Part shown: one piece after another, positions 1-13,025 of the stretch
How positions within the stretch are numbered: position 1 is the stretch's first letter
Layout of the letters: each line of letters opens with the position of its first letter
Origin: Camelus dromedarius
Taxonomy: Eukaryota
Direction: 5' to 3'
NCBI RefSeq assembly: GCF_036321535.1
Contig: NC_087437.1
Coordinates: 19,470,001 to 19,534,000, forward strand
DNA: 64,000 nucleotides
The notes under the pieces: generated by a model
Seen by the model: the letters and a program-made list of their open reading frames with translations, nothing else
What the model was told of the DNA's origin: nothing
Databases searched by the model: none
Position numbers and translations under genes: made by a program

Positions 1-690
1 GCAATTGTGGTGGAAACAGCAAGACAACTAGAACTGGAAGTGGAGCCTGAAGATGGGACTGAACGGCTGCAGCCTCACAACAGAACTTTAACAGATGACG
101 AGTTGCTTCTTAATGATGAGCAAAGAGATTGGTTTCTTATGATGGAATCTACTCCTGGTCAAGATACTGTGAAGGTGGTTGAAATGACAACAAAGGACTT
201 AGAATATTACACAAACTTAGTTGAAAAGCAGTGGCAGGATTTGAGAGGCTGACTCTAATTTTGAAACAAGTTCTACTGTGGGTAAAATGCTATCAACAAC
301 ATCGCATAGTGAGAGAAATCATTCATGAAAGGAAGAACCAATCAATGCGGCAAACTTCATTGTCTTAGTTTAAGAAATTAACACAGCCACCCCAACCTGC
401 AGCAACCACCGTCCTTATCAGTCAGCATCCATCAACCTCCAGGCAAGGTTACTACTTGCTGAAGGCTCAGAAGACGGTTAACATTTTTTTAGCAATAAAA
501 TATTTTAAAATTAAGGTATATACATTTTTTAAGATATAATTCAATTGCACACTTAGTACACCATAGTAGAGTGTAAACATAACTTTTATATGCACTGGGA
601 AACCAAAAAATTCGTATGACTTGCTTTATTGTTATTTGCTTTACTGGGGTGGGCTGGAACTGAACCCTTATCATCTTGGGGGTATGCCCG
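1..690 (+). mobile_element. Tigger1 (TcMar) DNA transposon, 3' portion including terminal inverted repeat
   Basis: ORF 7-252 ([14 protein letters not shown]...DDELLL.DEQR.WFL.MESTPG) is a decayed Tigger1 transposase C-terminus. It ends in GGTATGCCCG, a degenerate form of the Tigger1 terminus. Confidence 0.85.
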
Positions 691-696
691 TGTATT

Positions 697-1904
697 TTTT
701 TTGAACCAGTTGAGTAAATTATAGACATGATGCCCCTTTATTCCTAAATAATTCAGTATGTTTCCTTTAACAAAATCGTTCTTTTATATAGCTACAGTAA
801 AATGATCCAAATGAAGAACATTGATACAATACTATTATCTAACGTACAGACCTAACTCATATTTTACCAATTTTTCCACTGATGTCTATTACAGCAATAA
901 TACATAAATAAGTTGGTCCATGATCATGGATTGCATTCAGTTGTCATGTCTCTTTAGCTCTTCTCTCATCTGGAATAGCTCTTTAGTCTGTCTTTCATGA
1001 CACTGACATTCATCCAGGCCAGTTATCTTGTAGACTGTCTCATGCTTTAGGTCTGTCTGCTGTTTCCTCAGGAGAGATTCAGGGTGAGCACTTCCAGTGG
1101 GAAAGACACAGGAGTGATGGTGTGCCCTTCTCAGCACACCGGAGCAGGAAACACCGGGTGTCATTATGTCCCAGACCGGTGGTGTTGGCTTTGGTCGTTT
1201 GATTAAGGTAGTGTCTGCCAGGTTTCTCCACTGTAATCATTTTTTTCCTTTCTAATTACTGAGTTTCTTATCAGGAGTTACTTGTTATTTCAACCTGCTA
1301 GCTTTAGAATCCATTCATGGTTCTTGCATGAATCAATAACTTTATAGTTGCCAAATGGTGATTTTCTAACTCCACCGCTCCTCCTGCTGGCATTCTACTG
1401 TAAGAAACAGTTTCCTTTCTCTCCCATTTATCCACTTGTTCATTTAATTAACTAATAAATTGATTTATATCAGCTTAGGCTTATGGATTGTTACTTTATT
1501 CAATGAGTCATATGTAATCCTTAACTTCGTTATTTATTTTTAGGCTCAAATTGTCCCATATTTTATCAGTGGGAACCCCTTCAAGCTGGCTCCTGTGCAC
1601 TATGGATATTTTGGTGTCCCCACTATTTGAGTACTTCCTTATTTTCTGGCACCACAAGATGTTCCAACTTCATCTTCTACTTGCCCTGCCCCAGCCCCAG
1701 AACCGACCATTTTTCCAAGGAGCCCTTTTCATACAGAATGGTGTTAAGAAACCAAGATTAGAATGCTAGGTTGTTCTATTGTACTGGGGTATAGTAATTT
1801 CTAGAGCCTCTCAGTAGATTAGGGGTAAGATATAGATGTATGTGTGTGTGTATGCATACTGACAGACATGTTGTCTGTCTGTCTGTCTATCCATCCATCC
1901 ATCT

Positions 1905-1967
<63 letters not shown>

Positions 1968-2190
1968 ATCTATCTTAACTATCCATGAATTCACACTAAT
2001 ACCTTCAATTCCAATCTCACATCACTGGGATATTTCTAAGCTCCCTCTGTCCATATCTGTAACTCCCTTGTCCAACAGTGAGAAACCTGACTTTCATTGT
2101 CCACAGGATATTTAATTATTGCTTAATCCTAGGATACACAGAAAGTAGTTTCAGGATTGCTAGCCCGTAACTCAGGGAGAAAGAAACCTA
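697..2190 (-). mobile_element. Ancient L1 3' region (L1MC-like), into which Tigger1 may have inserted
   Basis: L1MC-type 3'UTR motifs (gacatgatgcccctt...cctaaata...ttcagt; ctggctcctgtg; catttttccaaggagccc). Boundaries approximate. Confidence 0.55.
1872..1974. repeat. Compound tetranucleotide microsatellite (TCTG)n(TCCA)n(TCTA)~15
   Basis: Directly visible. Confidence 0.95.
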
Positions 2191-3087
2191 CTTATTAGGG
2201 TTGAATATTTGTTTACACTTGAATGTTTTATTTCCCATATTTTGCGATCACAAACAATGCAGCAATCAACAACCTTTTAAACATGAAAATTCATACTTGC
2301 AGCTTCTCTTGAGAAGTCAGAATGGCTCTTGCCCCCTTTGGACAGGGCAGGACCGGGCACATGCGCTGCCCCAGGGCTGCGGTCTGTTTGCTCTCTCTGC
2401 CTCTCTGCAAATAATGCCTCCGTGCTCTTGCACTTTCGAACCCCGCATCACCCGGACCCATGCCATTCCCAGAAGGGCTGTCACCTCTAGGGCCTCCTTT
2501 CCCTTTCTGTCATTCCCTCCAACCTGGTCATCAGTCCACCGCTGCAGTAGAAGTTTTCTCACAGGGAACCAGCTCCATGCTGCCAACCCCACAGATGTGA
2601 TTTTTCAGTCTTCCTCCAACTTGACCGCTTAGTCACGTTAAATGCTGGGATGCTTGGTCTTTTCTGTTCTGTGAAAAAAACCTGCTCTGGTTCCTTCCTA
2701 CTCCTTGGACCCCTGTGCAAGCCCATCCTCCTTTGTGGGGCTCCCCAGGGCTCACCTCCTACGGCACTCTCTGGGGTTCTACTTACCCCCATGGACATCT
2801 TCATTTATTGTCTACAGGGGACCTGCAAACGTCCATCTCCAGGTCTGTCTTCTCTGAGCTCTAGCCACCACCTGCTCTTAGACGTTTCACGGGTCTCTCA
2901 AAGTCAACAGGTCTGAAACTGAACTTGGCCCTGGCCCAAGTCAGCTCCACCTCCAGACTCTCTCCTTCCCCCACTCAGACCCAATCTGTTATCAGGTCAG
3001 CTTTGCCTTCTAATGACCTTCCCCATCTGCCAACTTCTTTTCATTGCCTTGTCACCCTCTCATCAGAAGTATTGCCTCAATTGCCTC

Positions 3088-3207
3088 TTTTTATTTATTT
3101 ATGTATGTATATATGTATGCATTTATTTTAATGGAGGTACTGGGCATTGAACCCAGGACCTCGTGCATGCTAAGCATATTCTCTACCACTGAGCTATATC
3201 CTCCCCC
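3088..3207 (-). mobile_element. tRNA-Ala-derived SINE (camelid vic-1-like), short form
   Basis: The reverse complement reads GGGGAGGATATAGCTCAGTGGTAGAG...GGTCCTGGGTTCAATGCCCAGTACCTCCATT plus an A-rich tail, with Pol III A and B boxes. Confidence 0.85.
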
Positions 3208-3723
3208 TTTCAATTCAAAAAGCCCCATGACTGGCTTCCTTCCCTGGGCTCTTTAGTGGGGGTGCAGGCGGGGAAGGTATGGAAGGGAGGGAGGAAATGC
3301 AGCTCTTCTCACAGCTCTTAGGATGAAAAACAGATTCCTTAACAGTGGCCGGGAAGGTCCTCATGGTCTGCCCCCGCTCCTTTCCCTCCCGCAGTGCTCC
3401 CCTCTGTTCCTGCTTTCTGGTCATTACACCTGTCCATCCCTTGAGGCCATGTCCTCTTCCCCCACAGGGCCTTTGTACACGTGCTTTCCCAGCCCAAGAC
3501 TGCTCTTTCCCTGCATCCGCTGGCCAACATCACTTTTAAACTAAAATGTGCCTCACTATTCTTCTCCAGCTCAGTCCTTACGTTTTCAGAAACACTTTCC
3601 CTGGACTATCTGTCTCTGTCAAACTGTCTCACTGTCCACCCTGATAGTATCGGAACCTCCCCTCGGGGGCATGTGTCACCTGAGTCATTCACCTCTGTGG
3701 GATGTGATTAATGTCTGCCTCCC

Positions 3724-4096
3724 TGTTATGGACGGAATGCTTGTGTCCTCCCAAGTTCATGTGCTGAGACCCTACCCCTGATGCGATGGTATTTGGAGAT
3801 GCGGCCTTTGGAGGTGACTGGGGTTAGTCAAGGTCATGAGGGTGGAGCCCTTGTGAACGGGATTTGTGTCCAAGAGTCATGAGAGAGCTTGCTTCCTCCC
3901 TCTGCTCTCCTCCACATGAGGACATAATGAGAAGTCGGAGTCTGCATCTCTGACGAGGGCTCTCCCCAGACCCCAGCCATGCTGGCACCCTGATCTCAGA
4001 CTTTCAGCCTCCAGACAGGGAGAAATAAACTTCTCTGGTTTACAAGCTACCTGTCTATGGCACTTTTGCTTTTAGCAGCCTAAATGGACCAAGGCT
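3724..4096 (+). mobile_element. MaLR solo LTR (MLT1A-like)
   Basis: Starts TGTTATGGAC, has AATAAA and an MLT1-type 3' end, and is flanked by a 5-bp TSD CTCCC (3719-3723, 4097-4101). Confidence 0.8.
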
Positions 4097-4185
4097 CTCC
4101 CCCGGGAGCACAGGGTCCGCTTTTGCTCTGGTGTTGCCTGCTTCTAACACGGTTCCCAGCACTGGCCGTCTGCTGAGTGACTGGA

Positions 4186-4420
4186 GGCGGTGTGGTGGCT
4201 ACGAGCACAGAGCCTGGGGGGGACTGGCTCCACTACTGACTGGCTGTGTGATCTCTGGCAAGTTACCCTATCTCTCTGAGCTTCAGCTCCCCGCTCTGTA
4301 AAACAGGGAGAGTGATGGCACCCTCCTCACAAAGCTGTTATGAAGATTCAATGAGTTCATGCACGCAGTGCCCCCAGAATACTGCCTGACAGATAGTAGG
4401 GATGAAGTATGTTTGTTAAG
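4186..4420 (+). mobile_element. MIR SINE
   Basis: MIR core ggctgtgtga..ggcaagttac..ctctctgagcttcag..ctgtaaaa. Confidence 0.7.
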
Positions 4421-6249
4421 TATATAAAACGTATAGGTGCTAAATAGCCATTACATGAATAAGTATTAATTAAGCTGACAGAAAATCTGATTTTCAAAAA
4501 GAAAAACAAGTGGACTGTTGTTGGAATATAGGCCAATGGCCAAATTCTGTTGACTAGAAATAACAGACTGTCTAAATAACAGAAAACAGGATTTAAATTT
4601 CAATTTAACCTCCATTAGTTAAGTTTGTGACTACATGTTGGAAAAACAACTACTTACAACTGGGAAGACATCCAACACCTTAAGAGAAATGTGGGCTCGA
4701 ATTCCTAATCTATTCAACGGGAACTTTAGGTGCATCTGATGCTACTGATGAGCCGTATGTTGGGCTGAATCATTTCCATCACAAATCAGCAATCGAAGAA
4801 TAAAAATCCCAAATGAACTTTTTCGAAGCTCCCACACCCACTACATGAATTCATCCAACAAGCCTTTGAGAACCTTCTTTGAGAGTCCTCGCACGGCACA
4901 CAACACAAGGCCAGAAAGCCCCCACGGTTAGAGGATGATGCTATAAAACACAGAAAATCCACACTTACCACACCCTCCTACCAGCCCGCGTCGTATTCCT
5001 CAACGTGATTTCAAGTACAGGAGGGTAAAACAATACAGCTGGCTCAACACCTCATCCTCTGAGCATGTGTATTAACAATCTTTTGTCACTCTATTAATGA
5101 TAAACACCTTCAGATCTAAGTTTTCACCCAATGTGTAATTTTTTCACTGTCAAGGGGTGCGTTGTCACAGGACTAAAGATGGTGAAAAGTTTGGACATGT
5201 TATAGGGCCTTGTCAGTTTTTAAGGCTTTGCTGTTGTTTCAGGAGTAAAAGGAAGGGAGGACAGCTGCAGTCTGAATTAGGGATGCTTGGGAAAGGGGGA
5301 AGTGCTCAGCACCAGAAAGTAACTAGAGCTGCGGCAGGAAACCAGGAAGACACTATTAATTTCTACTTAAAGGTACTAAACAAATTGCTTCAGCTTGTTT
5401 AGTTCAATTTATATGCACGCGATATCGAATTAAAATTGTGAGTTGTTTTAGTGAAAATACATTAACAGAAGGGAGTTTGCATTTTCTTCATGGAAAAAAA
5501 GAAAGTCAGCTGTGAGGCCAGATTTTTATCCAGACTTAACTGTGAGCTGATTCTGAGTGAGGGAAAAGGCTTGGTTTAAAATTTGTCCCTGGAGAGACGA
5601 GGGGTTGGGTGACGGCTTGGTGCACAGATCTACCGGCTGAGGGAGGCTGCAGCCGGTGATGGGGGCTGTGGGTAGGGGGAGACAGAGCCCAGCTGTGCGG
5701 GAAAGGGAAACACACCACACACCCCTCTCCATGACCTGGGTCCTCCCTACCTTATCAGCCTCCCCTCTCTCTGGCGTGCTGGACTGTGATTCTCTTCCCT
5801 CTCCGTGTTTCACTCACGCTGCTTTCTCTGCCTATCATGCTCCCTAAACTGTGCTTGGCTAAGTCTTTCATGTTCTTCAAGATTTGGTGTCACCTCTTCC
5901 AAAAGCTTTCCCCAACTGCCAGGTGGGAGACATCCCCTCCTCAGAACATAGTGCCACAATCACTTGCTGCCATGCGTCTCTCGCCACCTACAGTGTGCAT
6001 CCCTTTTGGGCAGGAGATGGAATTTAATCAACTCTATTTCCAGCGACCAGTGCCTGGCTTGGAGAAGGTGCAGTAAATATCTATGGAACATTGAAAGGTA
6101 TCAATCTGTTGTCTTACACTCAAAGACACAGGCAGCAGAATCCGTTCTGGACTTTCAGAAATGGCCAAGCATTTTCCATGGAGGAATGGCTGAGAATAAA
6201 GGCAAGATGGTGCTTGAGGTCACATGTGGGGCCCCTCTACCTATAGCTA

Positions 6250-7626
6250 AATAGTCATTAGTTTTAGCGGTTCTAATAGTGGTGCAGTGGTATCTCACTG
6301 TGGTCTTAGTCTGCACTTCCCTTATGCAATTAGGCATCTTTCCATGTGCTTCTTCGCCATCTATGTACCTTCTTTGGTGAAGAGTCTCTTCATATATTTT
6401 TTCAATTTTTATTGGGTTATTTGGGTTTTTAAAAAAATTACTGAATTGAGATGTCCTTATATATTCTGGATACAAGTCCTTTAACAGATAAATGCTTTGC
6501 AAATCCTTTCTCCCAGGTTGCGGCTTGTCTTTTATTCTCTTAGTGTCTTTTGAAGAACAGAAGCTGTTAATTTTGGTGAAGTCTAATTTGTCTCTCCCTC
6601 GTTTTTTTTTTTTCCCTCGATTTTGGATCATGCTTTCGGTGGTGTCTTACCTAAGACATCTTTATCTAATTTAAGGTCACAAAGATTTTCTTCTAGAAAT
6701 TTCATAGTTTTAGGTTTTACATTAAAGTTTATAATCCATTTTGAGTTAGTTTTTGTATACGGTGCAAGCTTTGGCTGAGTGCTTTGTTGGGGGGGCTGGG
6801 GGTGGGAAACAGACATTCTATTGTTCTAGTACCATTTTTAAAAAAGACTATCCTATCTCTTCCGCATTGCCTTTGCACTTTCGTCAAAAATCAGTTGTCT
6901 AGGTAAGCGGGGGTCAAATTTGGTCCTCCCTATCCTGTCCCATTGATCTACTTAATTATTCCACACCAATACCACACTGTAACAAGCACTGCAGCTTTAT
7001 AATCAGTCTTGAAATCAAATAGTGTTGATCTTCCACTTTCTTCTACTTTTTCAAGGCTACTCTGGCTATCCTAGCTCATTTGCATTTCCATAAAAAATTT
7101 TAGAATCAGCTTATCAATTTCTACCAAAAAGCTTATTGAGATTGAGTTGAATCTACAGTTAAACTTGGGGAGAAGTGAAATCTTAACACTGTTGAGTCTT
7201 ATAACTCATGAAACAAGGTATATCTCTCCATTTTAATTAGGTTGTCTTTAATTCATCTCAACATTTTGTAGTTTTTAGCAGATAGGTCTTGCACACTTTT
7301 GCCAGATTTATTCCTATTTCTTTTTTTATGCTATTGTAAATTGGTATTATTTTAAAATTTTAATTTATGATCCTTTGTTGCTTATATATAGAAATGCAAT
7401 TGATTTTTATATATTGATCTTATATCTAGCAACCTTTCTAAACTCACTTATGAGTTCTAAGAAATTTTTTGGTAGATTTCTATGTATTTTTCCCATAGAC
7501 GATTATATCGTCTACAAATCATTTTTTTCCTACTCCAATATGGATATCTTTTATTTCTTTTTCTTGCTATTGTTCTGGCTAGAACCTTCAGTATAATGTT
7601 GAATAGAAGTGGTAAGAATGGACATC
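6250..7626 (-). mobile_element. Old L1 ORF2 3' fragment (L1M type)
   Basis: Degenerate ORF2 peptides on the minus strand ([48 protein letters not shown]). Confidence 0.8.
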
Positions 7627-7634
7627 CTCATCTT

Positions 7635-8369
7635 TATTATTTTTTCTAACTTTTTTTATTGAGTTATAGTCATTTTACAATGTTGTGTCAAATTTCAGTG
7701 TAGAGCACAATTTTTCAGTTATACATGAACATACATATATTCATTGTCACATTTTTTTTTCACTGTGAGCTACCACAAGATCTTGTATAGATTTCCCTGT
7801 GCTATACAGTATAGTCTTGTTTATCTATTCTACATTTTGAAATCCCAGTCTGTCCCTTCCCATCCCCTACCCCCTTGGCAACCACAAGTTCGTATTCTAT
7901 GTCTATTAGTCTGTTTCTGTTTTATTTGTTTGTTTGTTTTTTAGATTCCAAATATGAATGATCTCATATGGTATTTTTCTTTCTCTTTCTGGCTTAATTC
8001 ACTTAGAATGACATTCTCCAGGAACAGCCATGTTGCTGCAAATGGTGTTATGTTGTCAGTTTTTATGGGTGAATAGTATTTCATTGTATAAATACACCAC
8101 ATCTTCTTTATCCAGCCATCTGTTGATGGACATTTAGGCTGTTTCCATGTCTTGGCTATTGTAAATAGTGCTGCTATGAACATTGGGGTGCAGGTGTCTT
8201 TTTGAAGTAGGGTTCCTTCTGGATATATACCCAGGAGCGGGATTCCTGGGTCATATGGTAAGTCTATTCCTAGTCTTTTGAGGAATCTCCATACTGTTTT
8301 CCACAGTGGCTGCACCAAACTGCATTCCCACCAGCAGTGTAGGAGGGTTCCCTTTTCTCCACAGCCTCT
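7635..8369 (-). mobile_element. Young lineage-specific 5'-truncated L1 (ORF2 C-terminus plus 3'UTR) nested in older L1
   Basis: Uninterrupted frame [30 protein letters not shown]...TWKQPKCPS..WIKKMW..., which includes the ORF2 Cys-rich motif. TSD CTCATCTT at 7627-7634 and 8370-8377. Confidence 0.92.
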
Positions 8370-8377
8370 CTCATCTT

Positions 8378-10140
8378 CTGACTGGAGAGTTTAATACATT
8401 TACAGTTAAGGTAATTACTGATTACTGATAAACATTTACAGTTAAGGTAATTACTGATTACTGATAAGGAATTCTGTAAGTTTTTGTTTCTTTTGTATTT
8501 TAATATTCTATAATTAAATTTTAAAAAAGGTTTAGGATTATTATTTCCTCTTAAAGAACTGACTGGCCTTTATGATTATGAAATGACCCCCTTTATCCCT
8601 AGAAATAGTCTTACCTCCAAAACCTCCTTTCTCTGATACTAGAACTATTTCAGCTTTCTTTTAATTAGTGTTAGCATGGGATAGTTTTCTATTCATTTAC
8701 ATTGAACCTAATTGTGCCTTTATATTTGGTGCATTTCTTAAAGGCATCAAATAATTGTAGTTGGGTCTTGCTTATTTTATCCAGTCTGACAATGCATGCC
8801 TTTTAGCAGAAGCTGTTAGACTATTTATATTTAATGTGATTTAATGTGATGATTAGGTTTAAGTGTATCATTTTTTAATTTGCCTTCTATTTGTCCCATC
8901 TATTCTTTGGTCCCCCTTTCCTCTTTTTCTTCCTTCTTGGATTAACTGAATATATTCCTATTCCATTTTATCTCCTTTGTTTGCTTATTAGTTATAATTG
9001 TTTACTTTTTTATTTTAGTGGTTACATCAGGGTTCATAATAGTTATCTTTAATTTATCACAGTCTATCTCTAAGTGATATTATACCACTTCATGCACAGT
9101 ATAAAAACCTTACAATAGTATTCTTCTGTTTTTCCCCTTCCAGTCTTTTTGACACTGTTGTCATAGATTTTACTTCCACATGTGTTATAAACTCCACAAT
9201 ATATTATTATTATTTTTGTTTAAATGGTGAATTATCTTTTAAAGTTATTTAAATAATAAGAAAACCTTATATAGCTGGCCATGTGGTTATCAATGCTCTG
9301 TATTCCTTTGTGTAGATCCATTTTCCCATTTGGTATAATTTTCTTTCTTCCTAAAGGACATTAGCATTTCTGGTGGTACCGGTTTGTTGGTGGTGAAATC
9401 GTTCAGCTTTTGTAGATCTGAAAATGTCTTTATTTTGCTTTTGTTTTTGAAAGATATTTTTGTCAGATATAGACAGTTTTTTCTTTCAGTACTTTAAAGA
9501 TTTGTTCCACTGAAATTCCCTTTTGCTAAATTCAGAAACAAGACATCTGTTATCTTCCTTATTTGTTCTTCTGTAGCTGCCTTTAAGATTTTCTCTTTAT
9601 TCTTGGTTTTGAGAAATCTGATTATCATATACCTTGGTGTTGTTTTCTTCATGTTTCTTGTGCTTGTGGTTTGTCAGGCTACTTGATAAAATTTTCATCA
9701 AATTTAAAAACATTTCAGTGATTATTTCTTCAAATATTCTTTCCTGTCCTTCCTTTGGTTTTTTTTTTTCCCCTCTAGGATTTCAGTTACAAGTATATTA
9801 AGATGATTTAAATTATCCCACATCTCACTGATATTCTTTTCTTTCTTTTTAAAAATCCCTTTTTTCTGTTTCATCTTGGATTGTTTCAGTTTGGATAGAC
9901 TGCTGTTATCTTCAAGTTCACTAATCTTTTCTTCTGCAGTGTCTAATCTGTTGTTAATCCTATCCAGTATCTCATTTCACATACTGTAGTGTTCATCTCT
10001 AGATATTTGATTTGAGTCCTTTTTTATGTTTTCCATGTCTCTGCTTAATTTCTGAACATAACTAGAGTAACTTTCAACGTCTCTGTCTGCTAATTCTAAC
10101 ATCTATATCAGTTCTGGTCCAGTTTTCCTCTCATTACAGA
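8378..10140 (-). mobile_element. Old L1 fragment (ORF1/inter-ORF region, L1M type)
   Basis: T-rich strand with L1M motifs (cagctttcttttaattagtgttagcatgg; aatgtctttattttgc..tttttgaaagatattttt). Boundaries approximate. Confidence 0.65.
8396..8467. repeat. Perfect 36-bp tandem duplication
   Basis: ACATTTACAGTTAAGGTAATTACTGATTACTGATAA at 8396-8431 and 8432-8467. Confidence 0.95.
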
Positions 10141-11460
10141 TATGAGTACAGACTTTAACTTTTTTTTTTTCCCCACAGAAAACCAACTTGTCTTCCAAAA
10201 ATGTTTTATCATTCACCCCATCACTACCAGTACATGAGAATGCTCCCCTCCCTGTCCCTCCAGTACTGAATGTCGACAGTCTTTCATCTTTGCCAGCTTC
10301 ATGGGCTAATGTGACTTCCCTCCACAACAGCTGTTTATTGAGCATCAATCATAAGCCCAGTGACAGATGATGGCAACTCTGTGGTGCTCAAGCAGCCACA
10401 GCAGCTGCCCTCGTGGTGCTTATCACCCTGTGGTGTTTATGTTTTACTTGCATTTGCATTGATTATTAGTGATGCTGAGCAGCTTTTCTCAAGTTTATCA
10501 TCTGTTTAGATTCTTCTTTGGTATACTGCCTAATAATGTTCACTGACCAGTTTTAACTGGGTTGTTTGGATTTTTTTATTCCTATGTAAGAGCTATTTAT
10601 TTACAAAGAATAAACTCCTGTTTTCACTTTTTGAATAATAAAAAATGTTTTGTAAACAAAGATATTTCTATAAAATAAATTGACATTTGTATGTAATTTC
10701 TTTGAAGAGATAATTTACATGTTATTCAAATGCTTTTTTCTACATTAAAAGTAAATAGAAATTGATTGTGGTGTAAAAAAACCCATGCCCTTAAAGGGCA
10801 TTTTTGATGAATATAAAAACACAAAATACATATATGAATACCTAAAATATACATAAATACATAATGAATAAAACTTTCATAGTTATCTGACACCAACAAA
10901 TAAATGACTTGCATTTTCTAGAAATAATCATGCAGATTCCAAATGCCATTTTACTCTCTTAATAATGAAGTTGAAAGTCAAGGAGATGAAACATTCCCAG
11001 ATTAAATGTTTTCAGCTGATTAAATATTTCTGGCAAAGCCATGCCATCTGTATTAGAAATGCCCTATATACAAGGCTGTTAATTTGTAATTGTCTAAGAT
11101 CTATTCTTTCAGAGGAGAAAATGTCAAAATCTCCATTATAGAACATTTGCTTACCCACTGAAGAGTTGCAGTTCTCAGAGGCACAGGCTACCTACTCACC
11201 TGAATGTGTGGGTAAATGCTTCCTGGAGCCCCAGGAAGGATGCTCTGATGGAGACACAGGTTCTAAAATGTGTCCAGTGTTTTTTTTTTTTTTTTTTAAG
11301 CATTCACGGACTATGTGAAGTGAACAGAGGGGAAGTGGATCCTGAGAAGCATTTCAACTCTATGGCCAGGGATATGACTTGTACACATGTAACGTGGCTA
11401 AGAGTGTTAGTTCTCTGATTATGATGAAGGAAATGTGAATGAATAAGTTGAGCAGTTTTA

Positions 11461-11604
11461 TTTTATTTTATTTTTTACTTTTTTTTGTGGGGGGAGATTA
11501 GGTTTATTTATTTACTTATTTTTGGAGGAGGTACTGGGGATTGAACCCAGGACCTTGTGCATGCTAGCCATGCGCTCTACCAGTTAAGCTATATCCTCCC
11601 CACC
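11461..11604 (-). mobile_element. vic-1-like SINE, long form
   Basis: tRNA-like head, internal AACCTAATCTCCCCC segment and A tail. 12-bp TSD TGAGCAGTTTTA at 11449-11460 and 11605-11616. Confidence 0.9.
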
Positions 11605-11616
11605 TGAGCAGTTTTA

Positions 11617-11889
<273 letters not shown>

Positions 11890-12289
11890 CTAAGACAAGT
11901 GTCCAGATCAGTGTCTCTAAAACACATATAGGTCATTACTTCTCAGTCGTAAGATGGTCGAGGAGGCAAGAATAACAGCCTTTACGGGGGGCTCACCACA
12001 GGCCAGGAACTGTGCCAAGCACTACGCCAAGGGAAGCCCCCATCTCACCAAATCCTTTCAGCTCAATCCTGAGCGGTTACTTACACAGCTCAGGGGCTTC
12101 GGAAGCTGCAAGGCCAGGACTGGAACCTGGGCGGCCAGACCCAGAGACCATGCTCTGCTCATAACCTCGACACCCTCCCTGTGCCCTGATGGGCCACCTT
12201 GGGGTCAAAAGGAGTTATATGAGACCTCCAAAATGTCATCGCTGATAGCCAAGTAGAAGTCACAAGGTTCCAGAAAGGACTGGTACTTT

Positions 12290-12630
12290 TTAAAAACGGA
12301 TTTTAAAATAATTTCAGACTTACAAATAAGTAGCAAAATTTGTACAAAGAATTCCTATATACCTTTACCCAGATTCCCTAAATGTTAACCTTTTACCACA
12401 TTTGCTACATCATTCATTCTCTCTTTCCATACACACGCACACATGCAGATCTGTATGCACCTGTAAGAATTTTCTTCTGAAATGTGTGAGAATAGGTTGT
12501 AGACATAATATCTCTTCACCTCTAAATACTTCAGTGTGTATTTTCTAAGAGCAAAGACATTTCCTTATATAACTGCAGAGCAATGATTAAAATCAGAAAA
12601 TCAACATTGCTAGACGACTATTATCTAATC
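12290..12630 (-). mobile_element. L1MC-like 3' end fragment
   Basis: Motifs aaaataatttcagactt...cctttacccagattcc...cctctaaatacttcagtgtgtatttt. Confidence 0.6.
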
Positions 12631-12799
12631 TACACATCTTTTTGTCCTTTATCAGGGACTAAGCATCTTGGGAGGGCCCAGCCCACCCTCTTGTCTCCTC
12701 CCTCTAGCTTTCAGCACCAGGGCGAGGTGAGCATAAAGCTAGAAAACAGCCTGGGCTCCAGGGCAGGCCAGCCCCCTTCCCCTGAGGCGCTGCCTCCTG

Positions 12800-13025
12800 G
12801 AGTGGTGGTGAAGAGCTCTGGTGGAGTCAGGCCTTGCTTTGACTCCTAGTTCTATCTCTTACTGGCTGTGTGGCCTAGGGCAAATCACAGTCCCTCTCTG
12901 AGCCTCAGTTTCCTCATGTGCAAGATGGGGATAATATGACTTACACTTACAGGGGTGTTGTGAGAATAAGTGAGCTGTGTGTGGAAAGTGTCTGGTGCAC
13001 AAGGAGCATCTAATAAATAATCACT
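12800..13025 (+). mobile_element. MIR SINE
   Basis: Core ctctctgagcctcagtttcctcatgtgcaagatggggataat. Confidence 0.75.

Noticed and set aside
7941..8318. Intact 125-aa ORF as a host gene
   Set aside because: It is the C-terminus of L1 ORF2 in a 5'-truncated copy with no promoter.
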